This document shows, piece after piece, positions 1 to 8,668 of a stretch of DNA of 64,000 nucleotides. Source of the stretch: a virus. Location: the IMG/VR virus record IMGVR_UViG_3300042473_001368. The stretch is one strand, 5' to 3'. Position numbers and translations under genes: made by a program. The notes beneath the pieces were generated by a model that saw nothing but the letters and a program-made list of their open reading frames with translations, was not told the origin of the DNA and did not search any database. Each line of letters starts with the position of its first letter. The stretch's first letter is position 1.

Positions 1-2
1 GT

Positions 3-2714
3 CAAAGCATTCATTTCGATCCCTCTACAACATCTACACCTTCGCATCTTAAATCTACCTCAGATGTAGAGCCTCTTCTTGTAGAGAGCGTCGAAGATGA
101 AACAGATGAAGTATTTCTTGAAGATAGGAAAGTTGCAATCTTAGAAGAAATTGAAAAGGCTAAAGTTGCTGCTGCTAAGTATATCTCTCAGATCGAAAAA
201 CAAAATAAGAGAGAACTGGTAAATTACCAAACAGAAAGAGAAGTAGCTCTCAAAGAAGACATCGACAAGCAAAAAAGAATTCTATTAGATGAATTTTACA
301 CCCTAGTAGAAGGGCTAAGAGTCAAGATTGCAGAAGAGAGTAATGATGCTACTTTAGAGTTGAAAGATCTTATCTCTGATCAACTTAAAAAAGTATCATC
401 AAATGTAGATGCGCAAATTGCTTCTGCTGAGCAAGCTATCGATACAAAGATCGAGGAACGTGCTAATGAGTTATTGAATAATGTTCTGCTCAGCGAAGTA
501 AAACGTTCAAGCAAAGATATTGCGGATAATCTTAACAGTCAAGTTAAGACAATAGCAGAAAATATTTCTAAGTCACTAACCTCTACTAAGAAACAGATAG
601 AGGTAGATATCACTGAGAAGCTCCAAGAGATCTCAACGGAGCTTAATGCCAAAGACAAAGCTATAGTCGAACTCAATGATACCGTAAACAAGCAGAGCAA
701 CAGGGCTCTCAGTAGGATCGGTACTGTTAAAACACAGTTAGAAGGTACAGTTAAAGATGTAGTTGATTCACTCGAAGCGCGTATCGACTCTGCGTCAGAT
801 AAGCTTACAAAATACTACAGTGAGAAACTACAACTTGTAGAAGCCTCATTGTCAAATGCCTCTGAGCATACAAAGAATCATATCATAGGTCTCATTAAGG
901 AATCATATCAAAGCTTACAGGATGATATAGCTAATATAAAAGTAACAGTACCTAATATTGTTATTGAGAAGTCAAACGGTAAGCAAGAGATTGACGTTAC
1001 AGCTCTTAGAACTGAACTTGAGAAGTCTGTAAGTGGTCGATTTGTAAATGAGATAGCTTCTCTTAAGCGTCTAATTGAACTTTCATCTGGTGGCGGTTCT
1101 GTCGCTATGCAATTTGCAGCTGGCGGCACAATGAATGGCAATCTGAATGTAACTGGTCAGTATTTGTCTGCAGGTGTAGATCTGCTGACGATATTTTCAG
1201 GCGGTGGTGGTGATGATACTTATGTTAATACTTTAGTAAGATCTAATAGTGCTAACTGGGACGGAGCTTACAACACAAGTGTTATATACCAATCAAATAG
1301 CGCCACCTACGCTACTATAGATTTTACAAATTCTAAGTTCTTTACTCTATCTGGCGGAACTGTAACAGGTCCTACGACGTTTAACAACAACGTTACGATT
1401 CAAGGTAATCTAACTGCTTTAGGAACAACTACTTTTAACAACACTATATTCTCTGTAACTAGCGCGTTGAGTGTTGTTCATGTAGGTGGTGGGCCAGCTA
1501 TGTGGGTTGGTAATAACGGAACAGGTGATATTGCATCCTTTTACGACATCGACCAAAACATAGAAGTGTTACATGTAGGTGGAGTTAATTCAACGTTTCC
1601 TAATGTTGGCGTTCATACATCTACCCCTAACGAAAGATTTACTGTATCAGGAAATATCAGTGCTAGTGGAAGTGTATTTGGAAACAATTTAGTGTACACA
1701 GCTGGAGATCAAACAATCGCCGGAGCAAAGACATTCTCTAATAATATTGTTGGCAATGGCACTGCTAATAGATTGCCAAATCAATTAGCAGTCGCTTCAT
1801 CTGATATAATTACAAAAGGATTAGCTGATTCGCGATATACTAGCAGAAATGAAAGAATAACAGACGACACTACATTTCTTCAAACCACATGGGAGCAATT
1901 TTTAGATTTTGATGATCAGTATAATGCTGATCTAACATTAGCTGCGGCTTCTGGCGGGACAACATTCGGCGCGTCTCCAGCAGTATTTGGCGATGTGTGG
2001 ACTACAAGTAATGCTGGTGTTACTGCTTTTAGTGGAAATGATGCACATACTCACCGTGGCATTTTTCTTGTCAGAGGGCCAACAGCAAGCAGCCAAGCTT
2101 TTTATATTGGTATAAACAGAACAACTATACCGTATAATTTAACAAATAGAATAGATGAATTCACTTGTCGTGTATTTGTAGGTAGTACTGATTTTAGGAC
2201 GCAAGGATACTTTAAGATTGGAATAATACCAAAAGGCGGAACAGGTGGCGCTGATCAATCTCTACGTGGAGGGTTAATTTTTAACCCGTACTTAAATTCA
2301 ACTAATTTAGTTCTTGGAGTTAATAAGGCCGCTACTGCATCACCATACACATTTACAACTACATCTGCAAATGTTGATTTTTTAGATACTGGTGTTAATT
2401 TTATTGACCTACTAGATAAATGGGTAAATATTACTTATAGAATTGATCGCAGTGTCGGGCCTACTATCACCATAATTATCACTAGAGAGAATGTAATTCT
2501 ATTTCAAGCTAGTTATAATACTGCCACCGATCCTGTTGTTAGTACATGGACTAGAAAAGCTGACTTATATCTTCTAGGAGCAAGTAATGAGATTGGCATA
2601 CAAAATGGAAAATTCACTTATACCACACGCTCTCAACTTCACATAGATTATCTATACTATAAAGTAACAGGAACTTCTGCCGCACCATCAAATTGGAACT
2701 CACTAAGATTTTAA
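3..2714 (+). CDS. Large virion/fibre-like protein, 5'-truncated (N-terminal coiled coil, Gly/Thr/Ser-rich fibre-like C-terminal half)
   Basis: Frame is open from position 3 (checked by hand), so the track start at 360 (TTG) is internal. Helical E/K/L-rich N-half, GGGSVAMQFAAGGTMNGNLNVTG linker, beta-rich fibre-like remainder. Confidence 0.6.
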   Translation, partial: QSIHFDPSTTSTPSHLKSTSDVEPLLVESVEDETDEVFLEDRKVAILEEIEKAKVAAAKYISQIEKQNKRELVNYQTEREVALKEDIDKQKRILLDEFYTLVEGLRVKIAEESNDATLELKDLISDQLKKVSSNVDAQIASAEQAIDTKIEERANELLNNVLLSEVKRSSKDIADNLNSQVKTIAENISKSLTSTKKQIEVDITEKLQEISTELNAKDKAIVELNDTVNKQSNRALSRIGTVKTQLEGTVKDVVDSLEARIDSASDKLTKYYSEKLQLVEASLSNASEHTKNHIIGLIKESYQSLQDDIANIKVTVPNIVIEKSNGKQEIDVTALRTELEKSVSGRFVNEIASLKRLIELSSGGGSVAMQFAAGGTMNGNLNVTGQYLSAGVDLLTIFSGGGGDDTYVNTLVRSNSANWDGAYNTSVIYQSNSATYATIDFTNSKFFTLSGGTVTGPTTFNNNVTIQGNLTALGTTTFNNTIFSVTSALSVVHVGGGPAMWVGNNGTGDIASFYDIDQNIEVLHVGGVNSTFPNVGVHTSTPNERFTVSGNISASGSVFGNNLVYTAGDQTIAGAKTFSNNIVGNGTANRLPNQLAVASSDIITKGLADSRYTSRNERITDDTTFLQTTWEQFLDFDDQYNADLTLAAASGGTTFGASPAVFGDVWTTSNAGVTAFSGNDAHTHRGIFLVRGPTASSQAFYIGINRTTIPYNLTNRIDEFTCRVFVGSTDFRTQGYFKIGIIPKGGTGGADQSLRGGLIFNPYLNSTNLVLGVNKAATASPYTFTTTSANVDFLDTGVNFIDLLDKWVNITYRIDRSVGPTITIIITRENVILFQASYNTATDPVVSTWTRKADLYLLGASNEIGIQNGKFTYTTRSQLHIDYLYYKVTGTSAAPSNWNSLRF

Positions 2715-2717
2715 GAT

Positions 2718-3065
2718 ATGAACTTAACAACAAAACAACAAATAGATATTGACATCGCCAGTATAGAAGCATCAGCAACCACATTCTTAAATGCTGTCAA
2801 TGCTGCTATACATTCTCTCAATGACTCTCACCAAGTTTTTTGGAGTCTACCTGACGATAGATTGACAGCAGTTCTACAAAAGCTATATGACAACAATCAA
2901 CTCTTGTCGTTATTTGCTAACCATGAATACAGTGCAACATCATTGAACGAAATTAAAAGCAGAGCAAATTCTAAAGGCTGCGAGGCAATCGCAGCTGCTG
3001 GTAGAGAGTTTCAGATTGTTAATGGTGTTGTGTCCTTGATTGTTAAACCGATCGCAGAAATATAA
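2718..3065 (+). CDS. Hypothetical protein, possible fibre assembly chaperone
   Basis: 115-aa ORF 3 nt downstream of the fibre-like gene; chaperone role is positional inference only. Confidence 0.4.
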   Translation: MNLTTKQQIDIDIASIEASATTFLNAVNAAIHSLNDSHQVFWSLPDDRLTAVLQKLYDNNQLLSLFANHEYSATSLNEIKSRANSKGCEAIAAAGREFQIVNGVVSLIVKPIAEI

Positions 3066-3084
3066 GGTACTCTATTATTAACTT

Positions 3085-3128
3085 AAAGACCCGCTACAAT
3101 CATAAAGATGTAGCGGGTCTTTTTTTTC
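3085..3128 (+). terminator. Rho-independent terminator
   Basis: AAAGACCCGCTACA / TGTAGCGGGTCTTT inverted repeat followed by a T run, between convergent genes. Confidence 0.9.
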
Positions 3129-3148
3129 TATGAAGAACGAATTAGATA

Positions 3149-3571
3149 TTATCTATAACCAAGTACGAATAGTCTTCTGATCTCTGGGTATGTGGTATCG
3201 AAGTTATTAGATGTAAGTGATTGAGCTGTTGTACCAGTTGTACATGTAAATAGTGTTGAAGAACCATCTGTATAAAGTACAGCGAATGTAGCTCCGTTGT
3301 GTGCGCGGTCTACTCTGAATGTTGTACCAGTTGCAGCAGAAAGAGCAGCTGTAAATGTACCTGTACCAGATGCTGGAGATGTCAGAGCGTCAAATGCAAT
3401 ACCACGTACTTGCTTAGCGCTGAGCGAGATATCATTGAATGGCCCTGTACCTACAGTAAGAAGCTCTACTGTTTTATAGCTAGTTGACCCGCCTGAGACA
3501 GACCATGCAAGGTTAGAAGGTGATTGGCCGTAAGCTGAAAGTGCTTGAGATGTAAAACTAATAATAGGCAT
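3149..3571 (-). CDS. Ser/Thr-rich late protein, candidate capsid decoration protein
   Basis: 140 aa, beta-rich, directly downstream of gp23, with its own late promoter. Confidence 0.5.
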   Translation of the reverse strand: MPIISFTSQALSAYGQSPSNLAWSVSGGSTSYKTVELLTVGTGPFNDISLSAKQVRGIAFDALTSPASGTGTFTAALSAATGTTFRVDRAHNGATFAVLYTDGSSTLFTCTTGTTAQSLTSNNFDTTYPEIRRLFVLGYR

Positions 3572-3576
3572 ATCAT

Positions 3577-3584
3577 TATTTATT
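3577..3584 (-). promoter_or_regulatory. T4-type late promoter (AATAAATA), 5 nt before ATG
   Basis: Minus strand reads GAATAAATA-ATGAT-ATG. Confidence 0.7.
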
Positions 3585-3605
3585 CATCGTAGCTGAAATA
3601 TATAC

Positions 3606-3643
3606 AAAAAAATTTGCCAGGGGCTCTTCGGCACCCCTGGCAA
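3606..3643 (-). terminator. Terminator downstream of the major capsid gene
   Basis: TTGCCAGGGG / CCCCTGGCAA stem with a T tract on the minus strand. Confidence 0.85.
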
Positions 3644-3668
3644 TAAAAGTTGTTTCTGAACAGTTCGT

Positions 3669-5129
3669 TTAGAAGTACACTGATTGTGAGCTTGGCGTAA
3701 ACGCTTGACCTAGACCCTGAACAATAACAACATGGTAATAGAGGTTGGAGCCGAAGATGTTATCTACAACACCGTAACGAGTAAGCAAGCCTACGCGTGG
3801 TGCGAAGTCGTTCGGACCAATTGTTCTTTGAACCATGATAGGAATGTAAGGGCAATAGATGATACCTGTGTCATAGAATTCGCTTCCCTTGAAACCAAGA
3901 AGAGCGTATTCGATGGATGTGCTCGGATCTCCGTACCCTACGCTGCCGTAGAGTGAGGAATTCTGAACTTCAGTACGAGTATCGCGATATACCGAGAAAC
4001 GACCACCAACGGAACCTACTTTAGCAACACCTGTTGGTTGTGTAGCAACATCACCTTGAACTGGCACCCACTGGAATTCTGGGAGCATCTCAAGGATAGC
4101 GCATACACGAGGTGTAGCAACAATGAAGTTAGCAGCGCCACGACGGTTACGTGCAGCAATTCTGTTTGCTTCAATGATAAGTTTTTGGTAGAAGTCTCTA
4201 TTTCTCTCAACGAGCCAGCGGCCATCAGCAGAAGCAGGAGACCAGAACGAAACACCAGCACCCACGCCACCATTGATAGCAGCTTGGATCATGCGGATGA
4301 TCATTTCACGGTCGATCTCAGCTTGGATCTCATACGACATAGCGTTAGTGATCTCAGCATCGATATCGATACCGTTCATGTTCTTAAGGTCTTGTTCAAG
4401 TTCAACAGACCAGCGAGCGCCGAGACGACGTGTGCCAGCTTCAACTGCTGATTTCTCAAACTTAACTTCTACTTGAGGAATGTTACCAGTAATTTCAAAC
4501 GCAGACAAGATCTGAGCAACGCCAGTATCTGCTGCATTGAAAGAGAATCCGTTACCACCAGAAAGTCTTGTAGAAGACGAACCTGTGAAACGAGTATCTA
4601 GGAATTGATAACCGAGTTCACGATTACCTACTGTACCATTATAACCACCGTTAACGCCAGGGCCTGATCCGCCACCAGTCGCGCCACCGTCAATTCCAGA
4701 GCCAAGGCCTGTAGAATTGTAGGTATAACGAAGTGCCATAGCAAGACCAACTGGACCAGACATAGGTTGAACACCTACGATCTCGTTGGAGATTAGCTCA
4801 GGAAATGTACGACGAATCATCGGAATGAGGATCTTAGGAAGACGTGAATCTCCTGGAGCGTAGTTATCGCCCGAGTTGATTGTACCCGCACCTGGATTAT
4901 AGATGCCGTAGTTTGATGCACCACCACCGAAAGCACCGCCGTTACCAGCTGTGTTCGATTCGCACCATTGTTCTTGGTTCTCAAGAAGAATAGCTGTGTT
5001 CAAACGGGTATTGTCATCGCTAATGCCTCTTACCGAATCAGACTTAAAATTAAGAACTGGAGCCCACTTCTCAAGAAGTTGCTCTGCTCTGTTTCCATCG
5101 ATGAATGATTGTGTCGGTTTAATTTTCAT
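3669..5129 (-). CDS. gp23: Major capsid protein
   Basis: T4 gp23 motifs: LLEKWAPVL, AILLENQE, GVQPMSGPVGL, RRLGARWSVELEQDLK, EIQAEIDREMI, YCPYIP. Confidence 0.98.
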   Translation of the reverse strand: MKIKPTQSFIDGNRAEQLLEKWAPVLNFKSDSVRGISDDNTRLNTAILLENQEQWCESNTAGNGGAFGGGASNYGIYNPGAGTINSGDNYAPGDSRLPKILIPMIRRTFPELISNEIVGVQPMSGPVGLAMALRYTYNSTGLGSGIDGGATGGGSGPGVNGGYNGTVGNRELGYQFLDTRFTGSSSTRLSGGNGFSFNAADTGVAQILSAFEITGNIPQVEVKFEKSAVEAGTRRLGARWSVELEQDLKNMNGIDIDAEITNAMSYEIQAEIDREMIIRMIQAAINGGVGAGVSFWSPASADGRWLVERNRDFYQKLIIEANRIAARNRRGAANFIVATPRVCAILEMLPEFQWVPVQGDVATQPTGVAKVGSVGGRFSVYRDTRTEVQNSSLYGSVGYGDPSTSIEYALLGFKGSEFYDTGIIYCPYIPIMVQRTIGPNDFAPRVGLLTRYGVVDNIFGSNLYYHVVIVQGLGQAFTPSSQSVYF

Positions 5130-5199
5130 TTGCTTTAATTTTTTCCTTCAAATAACTCAGGTCATAAAGACCTCAATGTTCAGGGTGAAATCCTATAAC

Positions 5200-6066
5200 T
5201 TATCTATGGCGATTGAGTCGCTCAAGTTCAGTAACATAAGGGTTAGAAACTTTCTTCACTGCTGAATCAGATACATTCTCATTAAGAACTGGTCTGTCAG
5301 CCTTCACCTTTCTTGTTTCAAAAGCTTGTTCACGGATAACATTAAGTTGTTCGTTTTCTTGCTTTTTGAAAAGTCTCAATGTGTAATCGAAGTTCTCTTC
5401 GATAAACTTAGGTGTCTTATCACCTAGTACACGTTTTGTATATTCTTTTTGCTTGTCAGAAAGACCAGCTACCTTTTCTTCAAGAATAAGAGCTGCTTTT
5501 GTCTTTGTATAATGTTCTTTGAGCAAAGAATTTTCTTTTTCGAGTTTGTTAACTTTTTCGCTAAGAGTGTCGATTTGCTGCTTGCCATCAACAACAGCGC
5601 TTTGTACTGACTCAGCCATAAGTGCTGTGTCAACAGCTAGTACCTTGCGAAGATTTTCAAGAACTTTGGTAGCTGTTTTATTTTTTGTAGCTTCCATAAT
5701 TGCGTTCTTAGGCACCGCTTCGTCGATAAACTCTTCTAGATAGTTGGAAATAGATTCAACAAGAGTTGCTTTGAACTTAGTTGCTTCTTTGTTAAGAACT
5801 CTTTCATAACGTCTTACAACAGTCTTAAGTTTGCCAAAGTTATTCTTATCAATAGCTTCTACAACACGGTGAAGCTTATTAGTATGATCTTTATCAAGAG
5901 CTTTGATAAGCGTTTGAAGTTTAGCTGCATACAGATCGTCTTGAGCTGCAAGTGCAGATTCAACAGTAAGATCTAGCTTTTCTCTAAAGGCTTGCTCGAT
6001 AACTTGAATAGACTCTTCTGATAGAGTCTGTACAGCATCTTCGTTAAGTAGTGATTTAACTTTCAT
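5200..6066 (-). CDS. gp22: Prohead core scaffolding protein
   Basis: Coiled-coil acidic protein between gp21 and gp23; LVESISNYLEEFIDE motif. Confidence 0.9.
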   Translation of the reverse strand: MKVKSLLNEDAVQTLSEESIQVIEQAFREKLDLTVESALAAQDDLYAAKLQTLIKALDKDHTNKLHRVVEAIDKNNFGKLKTVVRRYERVLNKEATKFKATLVESISNYLEEFIDEAVPKNAIMEATKNKTATKVLENLRKVLAVDTALMAESVQSAVVDGKQQIDTLSEKVNKLEKENSLLKEHYTKTKAALILEEKVAGLSDKQKEYTKRVLGDKTPKFIEENFDYTLRLFKKQENEQLNVIREQAFETRKVKADRPVLNENVSDSAVKKVSNPYVTELERLNRHR

Positions 6067-6074
6067 ATTGTGTA

Positions 6075-6326
6075 TTAAAATAAAGGTTCATCGAGCGATG
6101 CACTAATACGTGCGGAGATCTTACTCTCAATGACATTCACCAAATATTTATTAGCCTTGGCATATTTTCCTGAAGAAAGTGCATCAATAAACTCTTTAAT
6201 ATTACTCGCATCAACAGACTCCTTCACCATTTTTTTCTTTGGAGCTTTTTTAGCGTGCTTTTTCGCGACCTTCTTTGCTTTGAGGTCTTGCTTTTTAGCT
6301 TTTTGTTTCGCTGGAGCCTTACGCAT
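6075..6326 (-). CDS. Small prohead core-like protein with Lys/Ala-rich N-terminus
   Basis: Lies between gp21 and gp22; ATG at 6326 is 8 nt after TATAAATA; C-terminal FIDALSSGKYAKANKYLVNVIESKI helix. Confidence 0.6.
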   Translation of the reverse strand: MRKAPAKQKAKKQDLKAKKVAKKHAKKAPKKKMVKESVDASNIKEFIDALSSGKYAKANKYLVNVIESKISARISASLDEPLF

Positions 6327-6334
6327 ATACAAAT

Positions 6335-6342
6335 TATTTATA
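6335..6342 (-). promoter_or_regulatory. T4 late promoter TATAAATA
   Basis: Exact consensus 8 nt upstream of ATG 6326. Confidence 0.85.
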
Positions 6343-6371
6343 CTACTTGTAACAATTTCTTTAAAAATATA

Positions 6372-7037
6372 TTAAATCTTCTTTAAAAAATTTAAGATAC
6401 GGTCTCTTAAAAACGCATCTCTTTCTTTTCTAGGTAATTTACGTATAGCATTTTCGAAGTTTTCGTAAATTTCTTCGTATTTGCCATTCTCTGCTACCAC
6501 CCATTGCTTAGATTCAAGAATACCATTAACAAAAGCAGACGGCGCACTAGGGTCAGCTACACAGTCAACAGCTACAAGCTTAAGATTTCTTACAGTGTTA
6601 TGACCTTGACCTTCTTCAAGTGTTCCGAGAGCACGAGATGACATACCTACTTTAACACCGTCATTGATAAGTGACTTAATAATAAGTCCGCATGGTGTAG
6701 AAAGCACTTTAGACTTGCCGTAAAAGATATTATCTTGCTCATATAGCTCAGTAATCATATGGCAAGCACGGCCAAGATCAACATCAGCTGTAGCAGGGTG
6801 GTTAAGTTCACCCATGGCTCTACCTGGTTTAATCATCTCTTCTGTATAACGTTGAACTTCGCGTTGAAGCTCTTCTCTTGGATACATGCGACGATTTTTA
6901 TTGACAGCGTTCGCTACCATGTAAGGACCTTTAATGTATAATGTGGATGGAGCGTTTCTATTAGCTTCTTCGAATACATATTGATATTGGTCCTCTGATT
7001 GAGGTTTCTCTACTAGCAAATTAAGCGTTAGTGCCAT
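6372..7037 (-). CDS. gp21: Prohead maturation protease
   Basis: IKGPYMVANAVNKNRRMYP, GELNHP, GMSSRALG, DCVADPSAPSAFVNGILE motifs. Confidence 0.97.
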   Translation of the reverse strand: MALTLNLLVEKPQSEDQYQYVFEEANRNAPSTLYIKGPYMVANAVNKNRRMYPREELQREVQRYTEEMIKPGRAMGELNHPATADVDLGRACHMITELYEQDNIFYGKSKVLSTPCGLIIKSLINDGVKVGMSSRALGTLEEGQGHNTVRNLKLVAVDCVADPSAPSAFVNGILESKQWVVAENGKYEEIYENFENAIRKLPRKERDAFLRDRILNFLKKI

Positions 7038-7043
7038 ATAGTA

Positions 7044-7051
7044 TATTTATA
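7044..7051 (-). promoter_or_regulatory. T4 late promoter TATAAATA
   Basis: Exact consensus 6 nt upstream of the gp21 ATG. Confidence 0.85.
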
Positions 7052-7084
7052 CCCTACGAGTGTAAAAATGGTGCAAACTAATAA

Positions 7085-7516
7085 CTAACCTAAATCTTTT
7101 TCAGTTAATATAAGAAATTCCAAGCCTTTTTTAGCGCAAAACTCTCTCGCACTTGCCCATTTAGCTTGATTTACAGCATACATTTGCTGTTCATATATGA
7201 GATGTTCACGCTTTTTATACTTTGTAGTAGGTAACATTGTTTGCCTATAAGGCTTAATTTCGACAAGATACTTCTTTATCTCTGTACCTTCTTTTATAGC
7301 TACAAAATTATCTACAAAATATCTATGCACTCTTCCATCAGCTGGTGATATGTATGGTATAACAACATTCTCACTCGACCACTTGATAACATTAGGATTA
7401 TTATCACAGAATCTCATAAACTTTAGTTCGAGACCTGAACGATATACAGCTTTTGTACCGATAAATTTATCCGGATTCTTCGGTACAAAAATACCTTGTC
7501 TATATTTCTTATTCAT
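7085..7516 (-). CDS. gp4: Head completion nuclease
   Basis: QGIFVPKNPDKFIG, YRSGLELKFMRFCD, WSSENVVIPY, HRYFVD, LVEIKP. Start placed at ATG 7516, overlapping the gp13 stop (ATGA). Confidence 0.93.
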   Translation of the reverse strand: MNKKYRQGIFVPKNPDKFIGTKAVYRSGLELKFMRFCDNNPNVIKWSSENVVIPYISPADGRVHRYFVDNFVAIKEGTEIKKYLVEIKPYRQTMLPTTKYKKREHLIYEQQMYAVNQAKWASAREFCAKKGLEFLILTEKDLG

Positions 7517-8658
7517 CCAACAAAGAAGCATGGCGGAGAACCATCTCCAAATCCTGGATTTGCACCTTCCATAAGAGATTTTTCGAGTTCAGCTTTTTCT
7601 GATAAGCCTTCTTGAAGGATATCTAGATTCAAACTGCCGCCACCTAGAAGTGATACACCGCTAAATCTACCACGGATTCTACCAATAGTAATCTTAGTTA
7701 AAGCAAGTGCGTATGCATATACCCATTGCTCTTTAATAATATCACGAATAGGTCTTTCGATATAACAACCTAATACGCCATAGAACATCGAAGCTCCAGG
7801 TTGTGGGTACATTGTTAAATATTGAGTTCTCTCATCAAACTTAATGTCCTTACGGGTAGCAAGTACTTTTTCACGTGTATCTAACCATTCTTTAACAGTG
7901 TACCATGATACAAGGTCAAAGCCATAATTACCCATAGCATAACTAAAGTATGTCTGCTGTGCGAGTGTTTGTTCGATAGTAAAGAGCGTATTGATACTTT
8001 GACTTGAACCTTCTTCAAAGTTAATCACAGATATAACCTTTCTATAATCCATTAGATCGTAGTCATATACATTAGAGTAGTTAGTAGCTGTAGTATCTTG
8101 CGATTGAAGAGATAAACTTCTATTAACAGATGGTCTGAAGTATGCAGATAATGATGTGTTATATGCTGTTACAGAACTATACAGAGTCTGGTCAAGCAAT
8201 TCAAGCTCATAGATACCATCTGTAAATAGACTTGAGAGAGCAGATGAACCAGTGAACAGTGATGAATTTATCGCTGATGTAGCAACATACACTGTAGGAG
8301 GAAGTGTTACAGTGTAATCTGGATTATTATTAGCAGATGTCTTAGCAACCTTTTGTTCGTTTGTAAGTGTTGTTCTACCTAGAGTAAACAATACATCGAG
8401 TCTGATACCTTTGTTTCTCTCGTATAGATTCGAATCAAAAACAATAAACTCTTCTGTATAACCAGCGAACTTTGAAAAGAATTCAATAGCAATCTGAATA
8501 TTTTGAAACAATTGATCCTGGTGTACTTCTACAGAGATAACTGGCCACCCTAGAGACCTTTTAATTCTATCACCTAGATCATTAAACGTTTCAATCTTAT
8601 TGTTAAGATTAGTAGACTGAAACGCTGATATTGGCGTTATTTGGCATGCTGTTGACAT
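7513..8658 (-). CDS. gp13: Neck protein with Ser/Thr-rich insertion
   Basis: IKRSLGWPVISVEV, WVYAYALALTKITIGRIRGRFSGVSLLGGGSLN, C-terminal FFVG. Confidence 0.88.
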   Translation of the reverse strand: MSTACQITPISAFQSTNLNNKIETFNDLGDRIKRSLGWPVISVEVHQDQLFQNIQIAIEFFSKFAGYTEEFIVFDSNLYERNKGIRLDVLFTLGRTTLTNEQKVAKTSANNNPDYTVTLPPTVYVATSAINSSLFTGSSALSSLFTDGIYELELLDQTLYSSVTAYNTSLSAYFRPSVNRSLSLQSQDTTATNYSNVYDYDLMDYRKVISVINFEEGSSQSINTLFTIEQTLAQQTYFSYAMGNYGFDLVSWYTVKEWLDTREKVLATRKDIKFDERTQYLTMYPQPGASMFYGVLGCYIERPIRDIIKEQWVYAYALALTKITIGRIRGRFSGVSLLGGGSLNLDILQEGLSEKAELEKSLMEGANPGFGDGSPPCFFVG

Positions 8659-8668
8659 ATAATTTTAT

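Noticed and set aside
360-362. Track start (TTG) of the 784-aa ORF
   Set aside because: The frame is open back to position 3; the gene starts outside the window.
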